Notes under the pieces: model-generated | Seen by the model: the letters and a program-made list of their open reading frames with translations, nothing else | Databases searched by the model: none | What the model was told of the DNA's origin: nothing | Source of the DNA: a bacterium | Lineage (GTDB): Bacteria > SAR324 > NAC60-12 | Direction: 5' to 3' | NCBI GenBank assembly: GCA_965205865.1 | Contig: CBDBHR010000024.1 | Span: forward strand, 1 to 64,000 | DNA length: 64,000 nt | Shown: in pieces, positions 51,277 to 61,127 of the stretch | Numbering within the stretch: position 1 is the stretch's first letter | Layout: every line of letters starts with the position of its first letter | Position numbers and translations under genes: made by a program

Positions 51277-53028
51277 CCCAAATTGAGCGATTCTAAAAAA
51301 GGATCAGATTTTCAAGATGATTTTTTTGCCTGAGAAAGGCAATCATTCTGAAATCAGATTTTGATCATCAAATCCATGGATGTTTGAGTGAGAATGAGCA
51401 TCAAAATGCTGTTTTCAGATGTGGAAGGTCTTCATTTCTCATGTTTTGGACGCACTTATCCCCTTAAACTTTAATGTTTTTGTTTTTTAATTGAAGCGAA
51501 ACCCGTTGATCAGATTGGCGCCAATGCGTGCTGGCAGGTGGCAAATAGTTGGTCCAATTGCAAGCGCTCAAAGGTCTTTTTTGGTATTTTCAAGATCAGT
51601 TTTCCGGCATGACGAAGCAGTTTGCCTGCCGTATCAAGAAACTGGCGCCGGAAGGTATCAGCATACATCGTTACCGCAATCACTGGCTTGCTGACATCTT
51701 CTTTGAAGGATTCGAAGAGGTTATTGCCAAGCAGCATCAGATAGTACCATGCGGTATTGGAAATGAAGTCCTTGAAGGGAAGTTGTTGATGACCAAAGTT
51801 TTTCAGCGCCCGGTTGGCCAGTTCATCCTTTCCCCGTCCGTGGTACGAGCCAAGGATGCTATGAGCATCGATGCGCTTTTCTTCAGCGGCTTGGCTGAGT
51901 TGGCCATCAATGGCCTCTCCCATACCAAGGTTCGTAATGATCACGCCATCATGATCCAAACCCGGCAAAGAGAGTTGGCTATCGTGTTCAATCAAGCGGC
52001 TGTAGATCGTGCGACGAGCCTTCTTCCATGTCCCCTGCTGGCTCTTAAACTCGGTGTACTGCCAGATCTCCTTCTTGCCCGATGAAGTGAAGGTCTGCCA
52101 GTCAGTGGCTTCTTCCGCAGCATTCCTCACATTGGCATAGGACTTTCCTCCGCTTCAGCTAACCGATGTTCAGTCGTTCACAGGTTTCAAAGATTTTTTC
52201 GTCAAAAAAACCGGTGTCCATGCGCACCATGATTGGTACATCATCTCGGTATTGGCGGCGAATCCTTTTCACGATATGAACCAGCATATTCTGAACAGTT
52301 TTCCCGTGATTCGAATGTTTGCTACCTCCGCGAAAAACTGCGTCAACCATATAACGACCCCAATTCATCTGCAGGGGATGAAATCCTTTGACCATCTTGT
52401 AAGTCGGCTGGACACCATGGCGTTTCAGGGCATCATCATTATCAAGTACCATCGAATCCAGACCCAACACAATCACCGTTGGACAAGTCTTCTTCAGTCT
52501 CCAGATAAACAGTATCTGCAGCAGATGACGAAACAGGTAGACTCGTACAAAAGAGAACTTTCCAAAAAATCTTTTCACGGCATGCGAGGAGGCAAGGTCT
52601 TGCTCACTGCATGACAGCAAGGCGGCATAACCCTCGCCCCTTTTGAGGTGATCGAACCAACTGAGATGACGGCTGCTGCCGTCCATGAAAAAACAGAGGA
52701 TCTGCGCAAAAAAATCAGAGACAGCAATTCCTTTTTTATTTTTACGCATCGAACCAAACAACCTTTCGATGATCGGCATCAGCCGAATGCTTTGCAGATA
52801 CTGGGCAAACAAGGCCAATCCGGCACGACTTGTCAAGTGTTCATCGGTTGGCTGAATGGCATCAATTATCTGTTTCTTTTTATCCTGAACTGTTATATTT
52901 TTTCCCATAAAGCTCTCTACCTGTTGGGTTGTGTTAGATTTTGTGAATTTTTTTATTTTAACCACTGAAATATAACACATTTTTCCCAAGGTTGGGAGCT
53001 TTTTTTATTACGAATCGCTCAACTTAGG
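51277..53028 (-). mobile_element. IS1380-family element; transposase (51510-52908) broken near 52159
   Basis: TIRs CCCAAATTGAGCGATTC / GAATCGCTCAACTTAGG, CAATA duplicated; LTSRAGL, VRMDTGF and YHGRG.DE motifs. Confidence 0.9.
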
Positions 53029-53409
53029 CAATAGTGAATTGGTTTTGATTCATTTTCGTAACTATTCAGGTCTCTGAAAAACCCGTTTAGTTAAATATCA
53101 TTAAAAAAGATTCCCGGGGAGGATCGATCGTTTTCACGTCCTCTCACGATATTGTTCAATCGATCGGGAACCCTTTCCTTCACTAAAACAACTTAACGAT
53201 GGCATGATCCTAGAACAACAACAACCCAATGTCAACTCCCCAAGGCAAAATAAATGCGGGATTCGCAAAAAAAAATCAATAAATCAACGAGGGAGGCGAT
53301 TGATTGTTATTGAAAATGTTGGAAGGCAAAGGACTGGGATTTTTCATTGACTCACGATTCAGTTGCCTTGAACTGTGTGATTTCGGGACCCCATACCTTT
53401 CAATATTAA

Positions 53410-54335
53410 GAACTTATCCTTTAATAACTTGAAAATTGGTATTTCCTGCATTATTTTTGTCATCATGTTCAACCATAAACGCATGGAGGCTATATGGCAA
53501 AAGTACAGTCGTGGGAAGTATCTGATTCATTTTGGGCCAGAGTGGAGCCACTGATACCAAAACCCAAACGTGACCCGAACAAGACCTACAAGCGCAAACC
53601 CGGTGGTGGTAGAAAGCCAATGCCTGCGCGCCAAATTTTCGAGGGAATTGTATATGTTTTGCGCACCGGTTGTCAATGGAGAGCCCTTCCCAAGGAAAAA
53701 TATGGGAGTCCTAGTGCCATCCATGCTCATTTCATGCGTTGGAATGAAGCGGGTTTCTTTTTGTCGCTTTGGCAAGCCGGACTTGCCGAATATGATGAGA
53801 TGGAAGGGATCTCCTGGAAATGGCAAAGCATAGACGGCACGACTGTCAAAGCCCCACTGGCTCAGGAAACCGTTGGTCGAAACCCGACTGACAGGGGAAA
53901 AAAAAGGGAGCAAGCGTCATTTGCTGGTTGACGGCCGTGGTGTCCCGCTGTCCCTCGTCGTAACCGGGGCGAACCGGCATGATGTGACACAGTTGGAATT
54001 GGTCTTGGAGGAAATCGTCATTGCGCGGCCTGAGGGCATTGAACAACATCTGTGCGCAGACAAAGGCTACTACGGTGAGCCAGCATCACAGATAATTCGA
54101 TCCAATGACTATGTGCCACATGTGAAAAAACGGGGTGAAGAGATTCAAGAAAAAAAAGCAAATCCCCAATACAGACCCAGAAGATGGGTCGTCGAGGTGA
54201 GCCATTCATGGTTCAACAGGTTTCGCAAGATAATGGTCCGATTCGAAAAATATAATCAAACTTATCTCGCACTGCTTCAATTGGCTGCAGCTATCATAAC
54301 TTACAGGAAAGTTAATGTTATTTAAGGATAAATTC
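53410..54335 (+). mobile_element. IS5-family element
   Basis: TIRs GAACTTATCCTTTAATAAC / GTTATTTAAGGATAAATTC, TAA duplicated. Confidence 0.88.
53494..54325 (+). CDS. IS5-family transposase in two frames (53494-53931, 53873-54325), probable programmed frameshift at A8 53898-53905
   Basis: YVLRTGCQWRALP, SIDG, KRHLLVDG.G.PL, ADKGY and RWVVE motifs. Confidence 0.88.
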
Positions 54336-54705
54336 TAAATGTCGCTGCGATGCTCTCCGGCTTTGGGCAGGAGTTCGCAGTACGGGAGGGGTGGGTGGCT
54401 TCAAGATAAATTTCGGAGCGCCTTCTGCGCATGATTCGTGTTTCTTTGGGCGTAGGGAGAGATAATGAGTTGATGAATAATTCGGAAATATAATCGCAAT
54501 TTGGCGTTTTCTGACGTTTCCAGCGTCGTTTGTTGCCATGCCGTCTCATCTGCATGTTATCTACGATTGCTTTCAATTTATTAAGCATGTAAAATCACAC
54601 GTTTTGTTAAATACGAATCAAGACTATGGTCCATAAAATGAGGGGACTGCGCCCTTATCAGTCTTTCCCTATTTTGCTCATATTGGAGGTGATTTGAAGC
54701 GGGAA

Positions 54706-55197
54706 ATGGAATTTGAAGAGATCGATTGGGAAAGTTGGCAAGCCAAAGAACGGGCGACTTTGCTGTTTATCATTTTGGAGGATCAAATCTTGATGATTCA
54801 TAAAAAGGTTGGCTTGGGAGCCGGGAAAATCAATGGTCCCGGAGGGCGTCTGGAGCCAGGGGAAACTCCTCTCGAGGCAGCAATAAGGGAAGTGCGGGAA
54901 GAGATTTGCGTGACTCCGTCAGGAGTGACGAAAATGGGAGAGTTGCGCTTTCAGTTCATTGATGGGTACTCGATCCATGGCTATGTATTCAAAGCCAATG
55001 GTTATATAGGGGATCCCCAGGAAACGGAAGAAGCCATCCCTATGTGGTTTTCGGTAAACGCGCTTCCTTATGAGAAAATGTGGGCCGATGATCGGCTTTG
55101 GATGCCATTGTTGCTGGAAGGAAAATTTTTCGATGCCCGCTTTTTGTTTGAAAAGGAGAAAATGCTGGGACATCGGGTGAGGGTGATTCCTTGCTGA
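54706..55197 (+). CDS. Nudix hydrolase (MTH1-like)
   Basis: NGPGGRLEPGE...AAIREVREE and MWADD motifs. Confidence 0.9.
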   Translation: MEFEEIDWESWQAKERATLLFIILEDQILMIHKKVGLGAGKINGPGGRLEPGETPLEAAIREVREEICVTPSGVTKMGELRFQFIDGYSIHGYVFKANGYIGDPQETEEAIPMWFSVNALPYEKMWADDRLWMPLLLEGKFFDARFLFEKEKMLGHRVRVIPC

Positions 55198-55352
55198 ATA
55201 TTTTTTTGTCTCATTCAAATATTCAAATCATTTGTTGTAATAATCTGGAAATAACGCTATCTCGGTTACATCCATATAAACACAGGAAAGGAGATTGCTA
55301 TTTTTACCATTGTTGAAAAGCTTCTTTTTCCCTTTTTACATAAGAGACTGTT

Positions 55353-56796
55353 ATGAATTCACTACCAGAGGGTCTGATCATTGTCAGCAAACGTGATTGT
55401 CCGACCTGCGCCTTGATTGAACCTGTTTATCACCAATTGGCCTCGGGCAAGACGCCACTGACAATTTTCACCCAGGACGACCCCGCATTTCCTTCCGGAA
55501 TGGATTGCGTGGTGGCAGATACCAGTTTGGAACATTCTTATCGACTGAAAATCGAGACGGTTCCCACGCTGATTCGGGTGGACAATGGTCGTGAGAGGGA
55601 ACGACTGGTAGGGTGGCGCAAGGAGGAATGGCAGGTCTTCACCGGGATTGCCTCGTTGGGGGAAAGTCTGCCGGATTATCGTCCGGGGTGCGGATCCATG
55701 AGTGTGGAACCTGGCATTGCAGATGAGCTTGCATTGCGATTCGGGGATACCGAGATGAATGCCCGCAGGATTCGGGTTTCAGCCATGGAAGATGAAATGG
55801 AGGCATGCTTTGACCGGGGTTGGTCCGATGGTTTGCCTGTTGTGCCTCCCACAGAAATTCGCGTATATCGCATGTTGCAAGGAACCAAGCGGGCGCCCGA
55901 TAAGGTGGTGGGAGTCATACCTCCCAACCAGATCCCTTGCACCGTGGAGAAAGTGGCTATCAATGCGGTTTTGGCAGGATGCAAACCGGAATACATGCCT
56001 GTCGTCCTCAGCGCAGTGGAGGCGGCATGCATGGAAGAATTCTGTATGCACGGGTTGTTGTGCACCACGTACTTTTCCGGTCCCATTGTGATTGTGAGCG
56101 GACCCATTGCCAAAGCAATTGGCATGAATTCGGGAATCAATGCATTGGGACAGGGGAACCGTGCCAATGCGACCATTGGAAGGGCGCTTCAATTGATCAT
56201 TCGCAATGTGGGGGGGGGGGGGACGACCCGGAAAAATAGACCGGGCCGCTTTGGGCAATCCTGGGAAATACACTTTTTGTTTTGCCGAAAATCTGGAAGG
56301 GAGTTCTTGGGATTCTCTCTCCAAAGAACGAGGATTTGAATCAGAGGCATCTACAGTCACGCTTTTTGCGGGCGACGGTACGCAAGGTGTGGCGGATCAG
56401 CTCTCCCGCGAGCCGGAATCGTTAATCCTTTCTCTGGCCCATTCGCTGCGAACTGTTGTGAACTATAAATTGGCTATGTCGGGGGATGCATTTTTGATCA
56501 TCTCACCGGAACACAGCCGGGTATTTGAACTAGCGGGATGGTCCAAGGCAAATGTAAAAGAATCAATCAATCAATTGCTCCGGCTTCCTGGCAGCGAAAT
56601 GATTCGGGGAGCCGGAGGCAATTCAGAGGGAATGCCTGAGCGCTTCGCAGACCAGGTTATTCCTAAATTCAGGCCAGGGGGCTTGAATATCGTGCGCGCC
56701 GGAGGCAAGGCAGGCTTGTTTTCCGCCATCATTGCCGGCTGGGTAGCCAGCGGGCCTACCGGCAGTATACCAGTAACCAAGGAGATTATAATATGA
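55353..56796 (+). CDS. Thioredoxin-domain protein associated with the UGSC gene; frameshift at a G13 tract
   Basis: N-terminal CPTC, GWSDGLPVVPPT, AINAVLAGC and RANATIGRAL motifs; continues GGRPG..NPGKY in the next frame. Confidence 0.8.
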
Positions 56797-57326
56797 AAGA
56801 AAAACGAATATTCCTCGATCCCACATCGGAGCATTCGCCAGCCAAACGGGATCGCATTGCTCGACCCGCGTCTCTGGAAGGCTTAACAGTGGGACTGCTG
56901 GACATTTCCAAAGCGAAAGGGAATGTCTTTTTGGATCAAGTTCAATCAGAGTTGAGTAAACGCGGACTGATGGTCAGACGGTATCAAAAACCCACTTTTG
57001 CCCGAATTGCGCCCACTGCGATCAAGCAGTCGATCACGACAGAATGTGACGTGGTGGTGGAAGCGCTGGCCGATTGAGGCTCCTGCGCATCGTGCAGTGT
57101 GCACGATATCATCGACTTGGAAAAGCGGGGTATTCCGGGAGTCTTCGTCGCTTCGACTGAATTCGAGGAGGCTGCTGCCAGTCAGGCTTCGGCATTGGGA
57201 TACGATCCGGCTCTGGTTTTAGTACCGCACCCCATTCAGGATCGGACTGACGAGGAGCTTCGGGTGATTGCGAATAATGCCATCGAACCAATTCTGGCAT
57301 CAATCAGTGCCGAAGCGACCCATTAA
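56793..57326 (+). CDS. UGSC-family selenoprotein (Sec at TGA 57075-57077)
   Basis: Reads ..EALAD-TGA-GSCASCSVHD..LEKRGIP in one frame, with a hairpin 11 nt after the TGA. Confidence 0.88.
57089..57107 (+). promoter_or_regulatory. Candidate bacterial SECIS hairpin
   Basis: ATCGTGCA-GTG-TGCACGAT, perfect 8-bp stem with G in the apical loop. Confidence 0.7.
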
Positions 57327-57340
57327 ATAGAGGAGAATTA

Positions 57341-57811
57341 ATGTCTTTAGAAAATGCTTTGCAAGACATGAGGAGCAAAATAGGAACAGAAACTCGCGTC
57401 AGTGATTGGGTGGAAGTCACACAGGAACGTATCAATCAATTTGCCGAAGCCACCGGAGACCATCAATGGATCCATGTGGACGTGGAGCGTGCCCAAAAAG
57501 AGTCGCCTTTCGGAACGACGATCGCCCATGGCTTTTTCACGCTTTCTCTGCTTCCTTATCTGGCAGGCTTGGGGGGCAAAGTAGGCGCGGAATATGGTGT
57601 GAAGATGGGCGTTAATTATGGCTGCAACCGACTACGATTTCCCCACCCGGTTCCCGTGGGGTGCCGATTGCGTTTGAGGACGGTACTGAAGAGTATCGAA
57701 GCCGTCGAAGGTCAGAACGCCCTGCACTTGATCAATGAAAATACGTTTGAAATCGAAGGAATCGACAAACCGGCCTGTGTGGTCGAATCCGTTTCCCGCA
57801 TGTATTTCTAG
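57341..57811 (+). CDS. MaoC-family dehydratase
   Basis: FAEATGDHQWIHVD..A...PFGTTIAHG. Confidence 0.92.
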   Translation: MSLENALQDMRSKIGTETRVSDWVEVTQERINQFAEATGDHQWIHVDVERAQKESPFGTTIAHGFFTLSLLPYLAGLGGKVGAEYGVKMGVNYGCNRLRFPHPVPVGCRLRLRTVLKSIEAVEGQNALHLINENTFEIEGIDKPACVVESVSRMYF

Positions 57812-57917
57812 ACGGAACAATCGAAAATTCCCTTCTTGGGAAGAGTGGGGGTGGCATGTATTGCCGTGCGCCTCGCATTTGACGCTACCCCTCCAAGAAG
57901 GAGAATTTCACTACATA

Positions 57918-58149
57918 ACCCGAGTTCGAGATAAGAATTTAATAAATTCAATATGTTATAGAATCTTCATATCTTAGAGAAACCTTGTCATTCCTGCGAG
58001 ATCCCTGCGTACGCAGGGAAGGAATCAAGAGGTATGCAGCCAGACTGAAATCCGGATCCCCGCTCCCCGCTTTCGCGAGGACAAGTTTCGCGAGGATGAC
58101 ATATAAACTAGGATACTCATATTATTAATTTCTTATCTCGAACTCGGGT
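57918..58149. mobile_element. MITE family A
   Basis: TIRs ACCCGAGTTCGAGATAAGAA / TTCTTATCTCGAACTCGGGT, TACATA direct repeat, internal TGTCATTCC..GGATGACA. Confidence 0.85.
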
Positions 58150-58192
58150 TACATAAGGCGAGTAGGGAGTTTTCGATAAGATTCTATTGGTG

Positions 58193-60043
58193 TTAGAAAT
58201 GAATCTCCAGAGCTTCGAAGGATTGCAATTGAACCGGTTTGGTCAATGCTTCAAAAGTAGGCAATACAACTTTGATGTAAAACCGGACCGTTTTGATTTT
58301 GCTGTCATAAAACCTGGCTTGCGCGTTGTCTTGTAAAAATTCTGAAACATTGGTCTCCCGCACTTGTTTTTCCTGTTTGAGAACTTCGAATTTCTCTGAG
58401 GCAATCAGGGCTTGTTCCAACAAAAAGAATCCCGCTGTGACCGCAGAAAAATGCATCATGAATGGAGTTGCGAAGAGGGCCGGCCCTTCTATTCCTTTCG
58501 GTCCGAGAAGGGATTGAAGGGTCATGGCGGTTTCGGCAATTTTCTCTGCGGATTTGGCCCATTGCCGCACAACTGTTCCCAGCACAGGGTGTTCTCGATG
58601 GGATTGCGCCAATTGATGGAATTCGCCCAATTGGCTGGTGAACAATTCACCATTACGAATGATCATTTTACGTCCGAGTAAGTCCAGAGCCTGGATGCCG
58701 GTTGTGCCTTCATAAATGGCTGTAATCCGCAAATCACGGTAGAGTTGTTCCAGCGGGAAATCTTTGGTGTATCCCACGCCACCCAGGATTTGAATACCCG
58801 TACGGACGATATCCAAGCCCACCTCGGTGCTCCAGGCTTTGCACATGGGAGTGAGCAATTGCACCCGGTCATCAGCAGCTTTTCTCTCTGTTTTCTCTTC
58901 TGCGGCAACAGTAATATCCAAAAACTTGCCAGTGGCATAAAGCAAGGCTCGGATGGCTTCGACCCGGGCTTTCATGTGCATTAGGTTGAGACGTACGTCC
59001 GGGTGTTCGATGATCGCCACCCGAGTAGCATCGGCATCTCCCATTTTGCTGATATGGGCTCCCTGAACACGTTGTTTCGCATAAGCCAGAGCATTTTGGT
59101 AAGCCGCGCTGGCCACTGCCAGGGCAGAGGTTCCTACCCCCAGACGGGCGCCGTTCATCATCTGAAACATCTGTGCCATACCTTGTTGTTCCGCGCCAAG
59201 TAAATAACCGTAGCACTGGTCATCTTCCCCAAAATTCAATACGGCCGTAGCGCTACAATGGATCCCCATTTTCTCTTCCAGGTTTGCCAGCGTCACATCG
59301 TTATTTTCTGCCACGCTTCCATCGTCATCGAGGCGAAAGGCAGGAACCACGAACAGACTCAGTCCCTTAGTGCCGGGAGGCGCTCCCTTGGTGCGTGCCA
59401 GAACCGTATGGATCACGTTGGTACCCAAGTCATTGTCCCCTGATGAAATCCAGCATTTTGTCCCTTTGATCTTGTATCTACCATCTCCCGTGGGTTCAGC
59501 GCTGGTATCGCCAGCTCCCACGTCGGAACCGGCATGAGGTTCGCTGAGGCACATCGTGCCCGTAAATTCGCCACTAAACATTCTGGCAACGTATTGTTCT
59601 TTAAGCGATTCCTTACCAAATGACTCAATCAATTCGGCAGCGCCTTCGGTCAGGGCAAAATACATGGTCAATCCCATATTGCCTCCCGCTAATCCTTCAT
59701 TAATAGCCATTTGCACGAGACGGGGAGCGCCCTGTCCCCCATATTGAGCACTGGTGGATAGAGAAGCCCATCCTAATTCGTAAGCTTGGCGGTAGGGTTT
59801 ATGGAGACAAGCGGGGACAATGGCGCGGCCATTGACCATTTTGCAGCCTTGCCGGTCTGATTCGGCACGGGTAGGATTGATGATCTCGACCGCAAATTTA
59901 TGCCCTTCTTCCAATAAGAGGTTGATCGTATCCTGATCGAAGTCGGCATAACGGGGGAAGCGACTCAATTCAGCCAGATTGAGCCATTCATCGAGGACAA
60001 ATCGAATGTCTTGGGAATCGATGATTAAATCGGTGCTGCTCAT
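58193..60043 (-). CDS. Acyl-CoA dehydrogenase
   Basis: TMCLSEPHAGSD, IKGTKCWIS, EEKMGIH and IYEGTTGIQALD motifs. Confidence 0.95.
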   Translation of the reverse strand: MSSTDLIIDSQDIRFVLDEWLNLAELSRFPRYADFDQDTINLLLEEGHKFAVEIINPTRAESDRQGCKMVNGRAIVPACLHKPYRQAYELGWASLSTSAQYGGQGAPRLVQMAINEGLAGGNMGLTMYFALTEGAAELIESFGKESLKEQYVARMFSGEFTGTMCLSEPHAGSDVGAGDTSAEPTGDGRYKIKGTKCWISSGDNDLGTNVIHTVLARTKGAPPGTKGLSLFVVPAFRLDDDGSVAENNDVTLANLEEKMGIHCSATAVLNFGEDDQCYGYLLGAEQQGMAQMFQMMNGARLGVGTSALAVASAAYQNALAYAKQRVQGAHISKMGDADATRVAIIEHPDVRLNLMHMKARVEAIRALLYATGKFLDITVAAEEKTERKAADDRVQLLTPMCKAWSTEVGLDIVRTGIQILGGVGYTKDFPLEQLYRDLRITAIYEGTTGIQALDLLGRKMIIRNGELFTSQLGEFHQLAQSHREHPVLGTVVRQWAKSAEKIAETAMTLQSLLGPKGIEGPALFATPFMMHFSAVTAGFFLLEQALIASEKFEVLKQEKQVRETNVSEFLQDNAQARFYDSKIKTVRFYIKVVLPTFEALTKPVQLQSFEALEIHF

Positions 60044-60220
60044 TAGTTTCTCCTTGTTCTGCAGTTGCGTCTCTGTCATCATCATACAATGGATTTATGC
60101 AAGATTCAGTTTAAAATGAATCGACCGCTTCGACGATTTTTCCAATCTGCCGGAAATAAGACTTTCGGAAATGGAGTTGCTCCGGTCTTTTCCCCTTGGG
60201 TGTGATATTTCTGTTTTAAT

Positions 60221-61126
60221 TTGAAAATGCCCGCATCTTTTTTTTTCACTTTATGTCTTTTACTGATTTCCTTACCGTTCAACGAAGTGTTGGCAGCGGA
60301 TACGAAGGCATCGAAATCCACGATTCAATGTCCGAAATCCCCCTCACCGCGTCCGTCTTTGAGTTATAAAGAGACGTATCGAAAGATGCCCTTTCAGGTG
60401 GGAGAAAGAGCCGTTTATGAGATTTGGTTCATCGGTGGTCTGGCGGGCCATATCCTGATGGAGGTCAAAAAGCCGTTCAAGCGCAATGGTGTCTGGCATA
60501 GACATTTTTTTACTGAGTTGAAATCGGATAAATCCTATGAGAGTCTGTTTCGAGTCCATGATGAGATGACATCTATTTCAGATCCATTGGATTTCCGAAG
60601 CGTCTATTTTTTTTTCAAACAAGATGAACGGAGTTTGTTTTCTGAGCGAATTCGCCAAGAAAAACATTTGGAATTCGATCACGAACGCTGCCGTGCGCAG
60701 GAAATCATTTTAAAACAGAAAGAAACAAAGAAGCAGGAATTCAATCTGCAATACGGAGCTAAAGACAGTCTGGGAATGATTTATTTTCTACGCACCCTCC
60801 ACTATGAAATAGGTAAGCAGGAGCGTGCTCTGGTTTATTCTTCCACAAAGAACTGGTGGTTGGAAGCCACTCCAGTGGCAAAAGAAACGATTGCAGTCTC
60901 TGCAGGAAAGTTCAAGACCATCAAAATAAAATTGCTGACTTACTTTGGCAAGGAACTCGAGCAGCAGGGGGATGCGTATATCTGGATTGCCGAAACTCGA
61001 AACCGCCCCGTGGTGAAGATCCTGGGAAAGCTCGTCATTGGTAGTATCTTGTTCGAATTGGTGGAGTATGAAGCGGGCAAAAATCCGGAAATGAGCGACT
61101 CTGAAGAAGTGACTGATGAAGGATAG
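60221..61126 (+). CDS. Exported DUF3108-like protein
   Basis: Signal peptide; GE..VY, E.I.V.AGKF.T and IWI....R..VKI motifs. Confidence 0.65.
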   Translation: MKMPASFFFTLCLLLISLPFNEVLAADTKASKSTIQCPKSPSPRPSLSYKETYRKMPFQVGERAVYEIWFIGGLAGHILMEVKKPFKRNGVWHRHFFTELKSDKSYESLFRVHDEMTSISDPLDFRSVYFFFKQDERSLFSERIRQEKHLEFDHERCRAQEIILKQKETKKQEFNLQYGAKDSLGMIYFLRTLHYEIGKQERALVYSSTKNWWLEATPVAKETIAVSAGKFKTIKIKLLTYFGKELEQQGDAYIWIAETRNRPVVKILGKLVIGSILFELVEYEAGKNPEMSDSEEVTDEG

Positions 61127-61127
61127 C

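Noticed and set aside
53898-53905. A8 frameshift in the IS5 transposase as a defect
   Set aside because: Two-ORF organisation with an A-rich slippery site is normal for some IS5 subgroups.
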